Shown piece by piece: positions 40,890-50,751 of a stretch of DNA of 64,000 bases (its first letter is position 1; each line of letters starts with the position of its first letter). Source of the stretch: Obrimoposthia wandeli (lineage: Eukaryota); the NCBI GenBank assembly GCA_977020255.1, contig CDROCS010000023.1, positions 124,001 through 188,000 of the forward strand. Direction: 5' to 3'. A program made the position numbers and the translations under genes. The notes beneath the pieces were generated by a model. It was not told the DNA's origin. It saw only the letters and a program-made list of their open reading frames with translations, and searched no databases.

Positions 40890-41110
40890 GCATTATAATT
40901 TGTCATTGTAAAGTACATTATATGAGTACAGTGAATATTTATATTAAATAAATTATAATCCTTTTTTTAACCTATTTAGTTAAATGTTTTTTTAAATCAC
41001 CTAAATAATAATAAATTTTGTTGAAATAACTAATACTCTTCATATCTTATAAATTTATTTTAAACATTTTGTTAAATTTAGGATTTCTTTTTAATTTAAA
41101 TTTTGAGAAT
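40890..41110. repeat. AT-rich dispersed repeat with an inverted copy at about 63070-63300
   Basis: aaataaattataatcctttttt...ttttgttgaaataactaat...aaacattttgtt is found reverse-complemented near 63.1-63.3 kb. Confidence 0.75.
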
Positions 41111-41711
41111 AATTAAACATATGTTTAATATTTTTTACCCTTTTTGAAATATAGAATGATCAAAGTTCAACAATTCATTGCAGTAGCCATGAAAAATATT
41201 CATTCATGGCTCATTTAAATGTTTAGTCGCAAATGATAAGATTTTATTATTTTCTTGGTTAAGTGTGGGTGTTAGAGGGCGATAAAATTTATATATAATG
41301 TAATCCCATAAGTATAATTAGTTATGTTAAGATTATTTATTTGAATTCATAAAAGTTATCATAAATATTTTTGTACAAAGTTTTAATTCCTGGAGAGGGG
41401 GCTTTGTCGCCTTGACCCAGTATCAACCCTTTATGCCTTAAATGTATGTTTAAATGTCGTCAAAAGTACTCAAAATAAATCATCAAGTCTTGAAATTGTG
41501 CATATATTTATTTTTATTTTTTAAATGCTTGTTGATTATATACTTAATTATAGAACTGTTAATGATGTTTTAGTTAGACGAAAAGTAGAATATACTTGTG
41601 ATGAACTTTGTTTTAATATCTGGTATTCTAGATATTAGCACTTTTCAAATTTAGCTGAATAAAACTTGTTACTAGTTTCACTTCAATATATTCACTAAAT
41701 TTGACTCATCG

Positions 41712-42060
41712 ATGGAGAAACTCTTTACTTTTCCAAAACTGGAAGGTAAATCCGAGACCGAGTATAAACATTGGAAACGGATCTTAGACCTAACTACAAA
41801 CCGGACCAAAGCGACGGACGAAGACAAACGTATTCTCTTCATCAGTAACGTATCATCAAACATTTACTCAAGGATTGCAAATGCAAACTACGAAGCTATC
41901 GAGATCCTGGATCGAAGCCTCAGTGCAAAAAAAGAATGAGATATTCTCTAGATACCAGCTTATGCACAGGTCCCAGAACGCAGAAGAAAACGTCGAGGAC
42001 TTCGTGACTGCTCTACAAGTTCTCGCCACAAACTGCAACTTCAAAACTACCACGTTGCAT
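41712..42060 (+). mobile_element. LTR-retrotransposon gag fragment (frameshifted)
   Basis: YKHWKR...LFISNV...AIEILD, then NEIFSRYQLMHRSQNAEENVEDFVTALQVLATNCNF, a Gypsy-type gag capsid motif (R..F..R.Q...E.V..F...L..LA..C.F). Confidence 0.7.
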
Positions 42061-42399
42061 TATTGATTATAATCATAAAGGGAGTTTTCCTTGTATATAT
42101 TATATGTTAAAGTGAGATGGTGACCCGGTAATGCAGAATGCGTATCTGCGAAAGCAGGTCTCATATGACTTAAATACAAAATATTCAAAAGCATGTCTAC
42201 ATGTGAACAAATATTTGTTACAAAATCTTTACAACATACAAATGAAATATAAAAAAAGTTATTATGAATATTTAACAAAAACGTTTTACATGTAAACAAA
42301 AGTAAATAAAATATTTTTACAAAAATATTTATATTACAAATAAAAAAATTAAATATTTTTTACAAAAACAGTTCTACTTGTAAATTAAAGTAGTTACAT

Positions 42400-43183
42400 A
42401 AATATATATATATATATTTACACATACACACAAACACAAATATCAGTATAACTATATATATATTATTATGTCCTTGACCTCATACACAGTATAAGCGATA
42501 TCTTATATAGAATTTGCACTGACACAACCACAGTATAAACTTAATCTCAAATAGAATTTTCACACACACCTACAAACACATACATTGTATAAAAAAATTA
42601 TTTATATCCTTATATATAATTTCCAAACACACAGACATATTATAAGTGATATCTTATATATAATTTTTATACACACATACACTTACATATAATAAAAATA
42701 ATTTATATATCCTTATATAGTATTTCCAAACACACACACATAGTATAAACGATATATTATATATAATTTGCACACACACATAGTTTAAACTATATATTAT
42801 GTATAATTTTCACACGCACATACACATACATATTATAAAAAAATATTTATGTATCCTTATATAGAATTTCCAAACACACATACACATACACATATTTAGT
42901 ATAAAAAATTATTTATATATCCCTTTATAGAATTTTCAAACACACACACACATATAATAAGTGATATCTTATATATAATTTTTACACACATACACTTACA
43001 TATAATAAAAATTATTTATATATCTTTATAAAAAATTTCCAAACACACACACATAGTATAAGCGATATCTTATATATAATTTGCACACACACGCACACAC
43101 AAAAATCTATACATAGTATAAAAAATTATTTATATCCATATATATAATTTCCAAACACACATACACATAATATAAGCGATATC
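42400..43183. repeat. AT/(CA)n compound satellite, unit about 40 bp
   Basis: Repeated ttatatataatttccaaacacacacacatagtataagcgatatc variants, ending exactly at the Polinton terminus. Confidence 0.85.
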
Positions 43184-43370
43184 AGTAGGTAGATGTGTCC
43201 GGTCTAATCCAGCCCCTCCCCCTTCCTTCGCTGATTAAAAAACAATGTTTATAAAAAAATACATATAAGATACAAATATTAAAAAAAATAAAACTGATTA
43301 TTAATTGCCAAATGAAAGAAACATAGAAAAACCGATTACAATTTATTACATGCAAAATGAAAGAAAAAAG

Positions 43371-43913
43371 TTAATACATAGGAATATGAGCACGTTCAAT
43401 TTTCCACATAGGCAACTTTGTTCCCATTTCATCTTTCTTGTAACCATAAAGTCGAATTGTTATAGTCCATTGCTTCCTTTTCGGAAACGCATCAACATCT
43501 ATTTCTCTTCCATACTCATCTAGAAATTCTGCATCGGCTCCTCGGATATAAAATTCATTCTTATTGAAAGTAAAATTTGGAACTGCCTTTTCAACTTTTT
43601 GTTTAAGATATTGAAAATCTGGTTTTTGAATACCTGATAGATAGTAGCTGAACTTTCTTCTTTCAATTGTCACAGGATTTACTAAAGCAATCAGTTGAGC
43701 CTTCTTCAAGAATCTAACTTTGTATTTGAAATATTGTTTCACTTCTTCATACATATCCTTATCCGATTCTTCAAACATTTCTTCGTCATCGCTAATACCC
43801 GTTGGCTATCGTCCATCATTGATAATTGTCTTTGATATGAATGCATTTATTGTGATTTGTCCTCCAATGGCGCATTCGTTTATACTAATTTGTAACAAAC
43901 ACATGAATCTCAT
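43371..43913 (-). pseudogene. Unknown Polinton protein of about 180 aa with one premature stop; beta-rich C-terminus, possibly SSB/OB-like
   Basis: ORF 43371-43778 extends in frame through a single TAG (about 43806) to an ATG at 43913. A fragment copy lies at about 58225-58340. The function is a guess. Confidence 0.55.
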
Positions 43914-43940
43914 TAGCTAATATAACTAAAGCATTGAATT

Positions 43941-44089
43941 TGATTGGACTAAATCGATATTAAAAATCAAATTTGATTGAAGAAATCTATCATCCAAATA
44001 TAGGTTTGCAAGATAATAACAAGAAACATGCAATGAAAAAGCAGGTTCAGACATATATAAAGAAGATTTTACAGAATAAAATTTCAGTC
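43941..44089 (+). promoter_or_regulatory. Core promoter of the TBP-like gene: CCAAT box, TATA box, initiator
   Basis: TGATTGG at 43941-43947, TATATAAAG at 44054-44062 and TCAGTC at 44084-44089 (A at 44086, 32 nt from the TATA start). ATG at 44092. Confidence 0.6.
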
Positions 44090-44091
44090 TA

Positions 44092-44591
44092 ATGAAACTC
44101 GTAAATATAAATTATAAGGGTAGAACAGAAGATGATGTTTCGTACTTACCATTCAATGAATGGAAGCCGAGACAATATGTAGAAAAGTTTGACAATTTCA
44201 CAGTTGTTATTTTTCCTACAGGTTAGTTTTTTATTTTATTTTCATATTGAATTCTTTAGGAAATTGTCGTGTTATGGGATGCAAAATACCAATGCTTGGG
44301 TTCAATTTACCATTTGGAATTCAAATCACCGCAATACAATCAATCACGATTTCGGCTAATCTCGGGAAACAGATAAATCTTTTTAAAACTGCAGAGAAAA
44401 TGAAAGAAGAATGCATGTTTGAACCAGAAATTTTTCCTGCTCTCAGTTATTTGAAGTTTAAACCGCTATGTGTAAATATATTTTCCAGTGGTAAAGTTAT
44501 GATATTGGGATTGAAAAATTTTGATTATCCAGACATTGTTGATTTGATTTTAGAAAATATATCTTATTACATCTTGTTATCTTTTCTATAA
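44092..44591 (+). CDS. TATA-binding-protein (TBP)-like protein, about 154 aa, two exons
   Basis: Exon 44092-44221, 38-nt GT-AG intron 44222-44259, exon 44260-44591 give an uninterrupted ORF. It has two TBP half-repeats: MKLVNI...TVVIFPTGNCRVMGCK and IQSITISANL...FEPEIFPALSY...CVNIFSSGKVMILGLK (compare TBP TALIFSSGKMVCTGAK and YEPELFPGLIY...LLIFVSGKVVLTGAK). Confidence 0.85.
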
Positions 44592-44619
44592 ACAAACCCG
44601 TTTAAACTTATTGTTTTGA

Positions 44620-44892
44620 ATGAATAATACTATAAATAGAGACAATGAAGTGTATCGTCTTGCCGACGAAATATTTTTGGGAAAAATTAGGGGTAAAGAA
44701 ATTTTATCAGAATTAAAAAATAATGATATAACAATAGATAACATTGAAATATTGGTTAGATCACACGTTATTCGAGAATTTAGAAATCGTACACAAATAA
44801 ATAAAATTATAGCCAAATATTCATTAATTATTTTTTGTATTTCATCTACAATAGCTCTAACATTGTACATTTCAATAAGGAAACTTCTATGA
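44620..44892 (+). CDS. Small protein (90 aa) with a C-terminal transmembrane helix
   Basis: Intact ORF between the TBP-like and ATPase genes. Hydrophobic YSLIIFCISSTIALTLYISI followed by RK. Confidence 0.6.
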   Translation: MNNTINRDNEVYRLADEIFLGKIRGKEILSELKNNDITIDNIEILVRSHVIREFRNRTQINKIIAKYSLIIFCISSTIALTLYISIRKLL

Positions 44893-44930
44893 TAATATAA
44901 ACAATATTAAAAAATGAAAGAGTATATGCA

Positions 44931-45578
44931 ATGGAGCTAAATAATAATGCTGTATTTCAAATAGTTGGCCCTAGTGGAAGTGGAAAGACACATTTCGTAT
45001 GTAAATTGTTGCAAAATGAATCTCTTTTCAAATCTAGTTTCAAAAATATTTATTGGCATCATGGTGGAGGAGGGGAAAGCGGATTAACCAAAACAGAAGT
45101 TTGCAAGTTGAATTGTATAAAATTTATTGAAGGATTTGATGCAAATTGGTGTGAAAGATTGAAAAAAGAAGATGTAATAATAATTGATGATTTGTATGAG
45201 GAGGCTAACAAGGAATCGGACTTTAATAATTTATTTACAAAGATTGCAAGACATCGTGAAGTAACAGTTATATTTATCACTCAGAATCTGTTTCACCAAG
45301 GAGGTCACCATAGAACAAGAAATCTTAATGTATATTACTTAGTTTTATTTAAAAATCCTAGAGATCAAACAGTTGTTGATTTTGTGGCCAGACAGGCATT
45401 TCCTCAAAATAAGAACTTTCTAGTTGATTCCTTCCACGATGCTGCTAAACAAGCACATGGGTATATATTTATTGACTTTACACAAGCTTGCCCAGATGAT
45501 TTACGTGTTTTAACCGACATATTTAATTCTAAGGGAGTAACTGTTTATAAACAAATAGAGAACAATTATAAAAAATAA
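44931..45578 (+). CDS. A32/FtsK-like genome-packaging ATPase
   Basis: Walker A GPSGSGKT, Walker B IIIDD, ARHREVTVIFITQ and YLVLFKNPRD, typical of Polinton ATPases. ORF intact, 215 aa. Confidence 0.92.
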   Translation: MELNNNAVFQIVGPSGSGKTHFVCKLLQNESLFKSSFKNIYWHHGGGGESGLTKTEVCKLNCIKFIEGFDANWCERLKKEDVIIIDDLYEEANKESDFNNLFTKIARHREVTVIFITQNLFHQGGHHRTRNLNVYYLVLFKNPRDQTVVDFVARQAFPQNKNFLVDSFHDAAKQAHGYIFIDFTQACPDDLRVLTDIFNSKGVTVYKQIENNYKK

Positions 45579-45757
45579 ATTCGCAATACCTTTTACAAAG
45601 TTGATAGTAAAACGTAAAGTAAAATCTAAAAAATCAAAAAAAAGAATCATTAAGAAAAAATAAGTGAAAAAATTAATCAAATCTGTAGTTAAAAATAAAA
45701 AAAAACTTAAATGGCTTCGAATATAAACAATATTTAAATTGAACCTTTTTTATTAAA

Positions 45758-46087
45758 ATGAAGAAAATACAAAGAAGCATACCCTATTTTAAAGCTTAAG
45801 TCAAAGCCTCTTCTAATACGAGAATGATTATTCTTAAAGTATTTCCATCTTTTGTTGTAGATGATTTATTGGAAGTTTTATATAATATAGTTTTGGGTCG
45901 AGTAAAAGTTGGAAATCGGAAAAATATATTAAAGAAATATAGAAAAACTCTTCTAGATATTGCTAATGTAAAAAGTTAAAAAAGGAAACGAAATATTATT
46001 CTTAAACAGAATGGTGGTTTCATAGGAGCTGTTATTCCAGTTGTTGCTTCAATTATCAGTAGTATTATAGCTGCGACACGTTCATAA
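45758..46087 (+). pseudogene. Small basic Polinton protein with an adenovirus pX/Mu-like C-terminus (two premature stops)
   Basis: MKKIQRSIP...LLEVLYNIVLG...KQNGGFIGAVIPVVASIISSII*, 110 codons in frame. A second, frameshifted copy lies at 54196-54480. Confidence 0.6.
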
Positions 46088-46173
46088 ACAATTATTTCTA
46101 AAATCAGCTAAAGATATAGGTGCTAGCCCTTCTTTACCTAAACTTAAATTTTCTTTCTATTCAAATTGTTGTA

Positions 46174-47372
46174 ATGGAGAAGATATGGTTCAATCCAAAA
46201 GATCCAATTGGCTACACAGGAGTTTCAAAATTAGCAAAAAGAACAAAACAAAATTACAAGAAAACGCAGAAATGGCTGAGCAACCAGTTAGCCTACAGTC
46301 TGAACAAACCGATGAGAAGAAGGTTTCCAACTAGAGCTTACAAAACCAGCGGTCCTAATAATTTATGGCAAATGGATTTGATGGATATGATCCTATATTC
46401 TTCCATTAATAAGGGATATCGATATATTTTAACATGTATTGATGGCTGAGCAACCAGTTAGCCTACAGTCTGAACAAACCGATGAGAAGAAGGTTTCCAA
46501 GTAGAGCTTACAAAACCAGCGGTCCTAATAATTTATGGCAAATGAATTTGAAGGATATGATCCCATATTCTTCCATTAATAAGGGATATCGATATATTTT
46601 AACATGTATTGATGTATTTAGCAGGTTTGCTCGTGCAATTCCAGTTAAAGCAAAGTCTTCAATAACTATGCTTGAAGCCATTAAAGAAATATTAAAAGAG
46701 GACATTCCACAAAATGTGCAAACTGATTTAGGAAAAGAATTTTATAATAAGCAAGTTCAATCATTATTTAAACAAAATAATATAAATCATTACTCTGTGT
46801 TTTCACAATACAAAGCAGCAGTAGTAGAAAGATTTAATCGTACTCTAAGAGATCGAATAAAAAAGTATTTCACAAAAGAAGGAAATAAAAAATGGATCCA
46901 AGTTTTACCTAAAATAATACATGCATATAATCACTCTGAACATAGAGGTCTCAAGGGAATGAGACCTGTTGATGTTACTAATAAAAACTCTAAGGAGATT
47001 TGGATGAACAGGAATAAAAAATAAAAAAATAAAAAAGCTAAATATAAGAAAAACGAAAATGTTCGAATTTCGAAAATTAGCTCTTCTCCATTTATTAAAA
47101 ACTTTGATCAGAATTGGAGCGATGACATATTTTGTATAAGTAAAATTGATCAAAAGAGTAATCCAATAATGTATACTATTAAAGATGCTGACAATAATAT
47201 CGTTCACGGTAAATTTTACAAGCAAGAACTACAAGTAATATCAAATAAACCTAGCGTTTTCCATATTCAAAAAATATTAAAATCTAAGGGTACAGGTAAA
47301 CATAAACAATACTTTGTTAAATGGCATGGTTATTCAGACCCAACTTGGATATCAGCATCTAATATAATATGA
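46174..47372 (+). pseudogene. Retroviral-type (rve) integrase with C-terminal chromodomain
   Basis: LWQMDL, CIDVFSRFA, VQTDLGKEF, AAVVERFNRTL, and chromodomain FHIQKILK...YFVKWHGYSDPTW. Disrupted by a 170-bp tandem duplication (46272-46441/46442-46611) and an in-frame TAA at 47022. Confidence 0.95.
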
Positions 47373-47728
47373 AGTCTATGTATATAGTTTTACCTAGTAA
47401 CGGATGTTCGAAGACTCAACCAGATAATTACGCTAGTAGCTTTATTATCGATTGGGAAAATCCTATAAATCTCCAATGAGAATGGGAAGCGGCTTTAACA
47501 GAATTTTCCTTTTATTATTCTCTAATTACTATCAGAAAAAACTCGCATATTTTGTTTACAAAAGAAGTTGATCATGAAAAATCAATTGAAGTTATGATTG
47601 GGTTTGATAGTAAAGGAAAATTCTATTACAATTGTATAGATAAAGAAGTGAAAGTAATATATGAAAAAAACAAAGTCATATTTAAAAATAGACTAAAACA
47701 TTTTTTAAAACCTATTCAAATTAGGTAA
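47369..47728 (+). pseudogene. Putative minor capsid (penton/PX-like) protein, N-terminal part only
   Basis: The start overlaps the integrase stop (ATGA). MYIVLPSNGCSKTQPDNYASSFII...*EWEAALTEF resembles the LPSN...P.N..S.F...G.WEVAL.E N-terminus I recall from this Polinton gene. One premature stop; truncated. Confidence 0.55.
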
Positions 47729-47838
47729 GGTCCATCCTAAAAAACGTATTGAAATAACAAATAAGTTAGAGTCTAGGTGCCATAGGGATCTAAAATTTTA
47801 AAAAACTAAACTAAAAAAAATCAAAAAATGAAAACCGT

Positions 47839-49135
47839 TTAAATTCTGAAGTGTCCATAAGCCAGGCTAGCGTTCTTTTCTACCCAAAAGCGTTTGTCGT
47901 CATTACTACTCAAAGCGATTTTGGTTGATTTATGGGAATACAGTTGATGGGCTCTTGAAATAAATCTAGTTTGCTCAACGCTTTCAATACACCCAGTATC
48001 ATAAACTTTCCGGTAGGCCTCATGTGTAAGATTGTTTCTTCCCACACCCTTTGCTATCATTGAACATGTATTATTAGATGCATGTAAACTGTAGCATTTA
48101 GGGCGTAGGAAAATACAATCATCATACGAAACCTGTCCCTCGCTTTCATCCTTAAATTTCCCTATAATATACTTTAAACTCATAGAATGTAGAGGATGGT
48201 TAGCGGGATATTTATGGGTATCTAGTAAGTTGTCCCTAAACATTGCTGGTAATAATTGATTATTTAAACTAACATTCCTACATTCTAAAAAGAAAGAGTC
48301 AGTGTCCCCTGCCACGATTTTGATCTCACAATTAAATTCTTGTCGGTATTTCTCCAATTCTATGTATTGAAGCTCATACATTCTGAGTTTAGAAATGTCT
48401 AAAACCGTTTGACCTATATAACTCGGTCGATCGAGACAAATACTCTGTTTTTCTAATAACACTGCTACCAAGTCATCTGCAATTGTAAAACTACGCTTGA
48501 AGTTGTACTTGCTAGTATATGTTATTAGTTTACGCTCATCATTGCAAAACCATAGACAAATACGTTTCCGCAAGTCCTCTACAGTTTTTCCAAAGAGGCT
48601 ATTACTTTTTAACTTGTAAAAATCTCAATCGAATTTGCCAGTGGCCAAATTACGTTTTCTTGAATTCTTGTCAATATAGTCTTTAAACACAAAGTTTTGA
48701 CTGAAGCTTATAGTACGATGAATTCGAGTAACTTTTGCTCCCAACTTTAAGTAGAATTGAAGAAGCCGCCAATGCACAACATAATTCAACTTGTCTTCAT
48801 GGGTTAACAATAATTTCTTCACCTTTGAATTAGGAGGGCATTGATGAACAGGCGCTACTGGAAGATCATCTAATTTATCATGCACATTGGGAGGGATTTT
48901 TAAATCAACCAAAGGTTTTCGCAAATTTATACGGAAAAGTCCCCTTATCGTTAACCGAAGCTGGGAACACTGACTGTGTAATTGGCTATGCATTTAAAGA
49001 TGCCGTTAAATTTTTTAAAGACCCGCTCAAAAACTGTAGAGAATCTATGAATCTTAAACTGCAGAATTCAGTATATGCAGTTAAAGATAAATATTTCTCT
49101 GAAGTTTGAGGTATACATGAAATTTCCCAAGAGAA
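47839..49135 (-). pseudogene. Protein-primed DNA polymerase B (family A copy 1), internally deleted
   Basis: FIDSLQFLSGSL..KGTFPYKF is joined at about 48912 to VDLKIPP; then YVVHWRLL, motif B KLKSNSLFGKT, DRPSYIGQTVLDISKLRMY, motif C IVAGDTDS, IGKFKDE, LRPKCY, ALSSNDDKR. Exo III and motif A are missing. Confidence 0.95.
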
Positions 49136-49139
49136 ATTT

Positions 49140-49820
49140 CATTAAAACGATTGTAGAACGATATTTCCTGAATAAAAAATAAAAATAATATATATATATT
49201 AAAAATAAAATATATAATTACAATTTACAAAAATAAAAAAATACCTAATGATGGCAATCCAAGTTGAGCTGGAATGAAGTCCTCTTCATTGATGGAATCC
49301 ATCCAGCTGTCGTCCGTTGACTCGACGAAATCGGATTCCTCGATGGTCTTCAACCATGAGTTATCGCTCCACTGAGGCTACTCCATCTCGAAATCTGACT
49401 GGGTGATATTTCGCATCCAGTCATTGTTTGAGAATTGGGTTGCTGGTGCCAACTCCTCAAAATATTCCTCGGAGATGTCGTTCATCCACTCATTGTTTGA
49501 CATTAGAGTGGATGGAGCAACAGCAGAATCAGGAGCCGGGAGAGAAGGACCAATGGCAGGACCATAAACTGGTAGACTGACTGCTACTGGAATTGGAGGT
49601 GGAGCTGGAGCGGCCTGCGAATCGCGCACCAATTGGACGATATCCCTCTTCTTGTTGTTGGCCGTGAAACACGATAGGTGAGCTCGATGTTCACTGAAGA
49701 ATTCTCGAAACTCCTTCTCCTCCATTGTTCTGCAGAAGGGGCAGACGAAGAAGTGAACACCTTGAGACTTTGTCCGGTAGTATGCAGACATTGTCTCCAT
49801 GCAGGACTCTCCTCCTGCTT
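49140..49820 (-). pseudogene. Cys/His (zinc-finger-like) protein with a Pro-rich linker and four acidic W-x-x-I-x-x-x-x-F repeats
   Basis: HFFVCPFCRTMEEKEFREFFSEHRAHLSCF; then NNEWMNDISEEYF, NNDWMRNITQSDF, (TAG at 49378) DNSWLKTIEESDF, DDSWMDSINEEDF. Possible terminal intron at about 49244-49168. A second copy lies at 56494-56730. Confidence 0.6.
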
Positions 49821-50048
49821 TTAAAGAGAAGGATTGTTTATCTATTATAGCTTGAAAAAATAATTTTATTCCTCCAATTAAAGAGAAGGATTGTTTATCT
49901 GTTATTGGTTGAAAAATTAATTTTATTCCTCCAATTAAAGAGAAGGATTGTTTATCTATTATAGGTTGAAAAAATAATTTTATTCCTCCAATTAAAGAGA
50001 AGGATTGTTTATCTGTTATTGGTTGAAAAAATAATTTTATTCCTCCAA
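49821..50048. repeat. Tandem array of 4 x 57 bp
   Basis: Units start at 49821, 49878, 49935 and 49992. Degenerate units occur at about 50090 and 56820-57000. Confidence 0.95.
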
Positions 50049-50114
50049 ACAAAAGGCTTATTTGTAAATAATTGTAAAATTTTAATAATGAATTCCTCCA
50101 ATTAGAATAATTGT

Positions 50115-50603
50115 TTATCTACATGTCAAGTAATAATAAGAAAGACTTAAACATTTTTTATATGCGCAATGGTCACCATGATTACGATATGGACAGCAAA
50201 TATTTTGTGGAATATTTAATAGATGATCACGTGAAATATTTTAAGTATTCAACCTGAATTTAGGAAAATATTTTTTTAACGTCTTATATTTTTTGCCATC
50301 CATTTCATCTCAAACATAAAAAATTCCATTTTCAATATCAAAATTAGATTTAATAGTATCGAAAATACATATTTCACAAAAAGCCTTATGTCCTTCTTTC
50401 CATTTTAATAAATGGAAATATTTAGTTAGATATAAATTAGTAAATTTTTTCTTATAATCTAAACTTTTAAATGGGATATCTATATAAAATATGAAATGCA
50501 AAGGATGAAAAACGTCGCATACATCCATAATACATAATTCTTTTATAATATAATCCCCTTTTTTGTTAATGAAAGCCTCAAAATCTATGATATATTCCTG
50601 CAT
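50115..50603 (-). pseudogene. Stand-alone DEDD/DnaQ-like 3'-5' exonuclease with a C-terminal Cys/His cluster (two premature stops)
   Basis: MQEYIIDFEAF...YIIKELCI (Exo I D-x-E), HFIF, HLLKWKEG, FYV*DEMDGKK, CCPYRNHGDHCAYKKC. The copy at 56995-57210 has the C-terminal half without the stops. Confidence 0.6.
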
Positions 50604-50751
50604 AATTACCCAAATTTGTAGCAAATCCCGTTGTTTATAACGAAAAACTATTATTCAAAAATTTATTAAAATGACGAGCTAGTATTTAGACAATTTTATA
50701 TTTAGACAATTTTATAACATAATCAATAAAGACAAAATAATAATCAAAAAT

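Noticed and set aside
49821-50052. 19-aa repeat N-terminus of ORF 49378-50052 as real protein, or the array as a CRISPR
   Set aside because: It is a 57-bp tandem repeat (a multiple of 3) without unique spacers. Copy 2 of the gene has a different 5' end, and there are no cas genes in this eukaryotic context.
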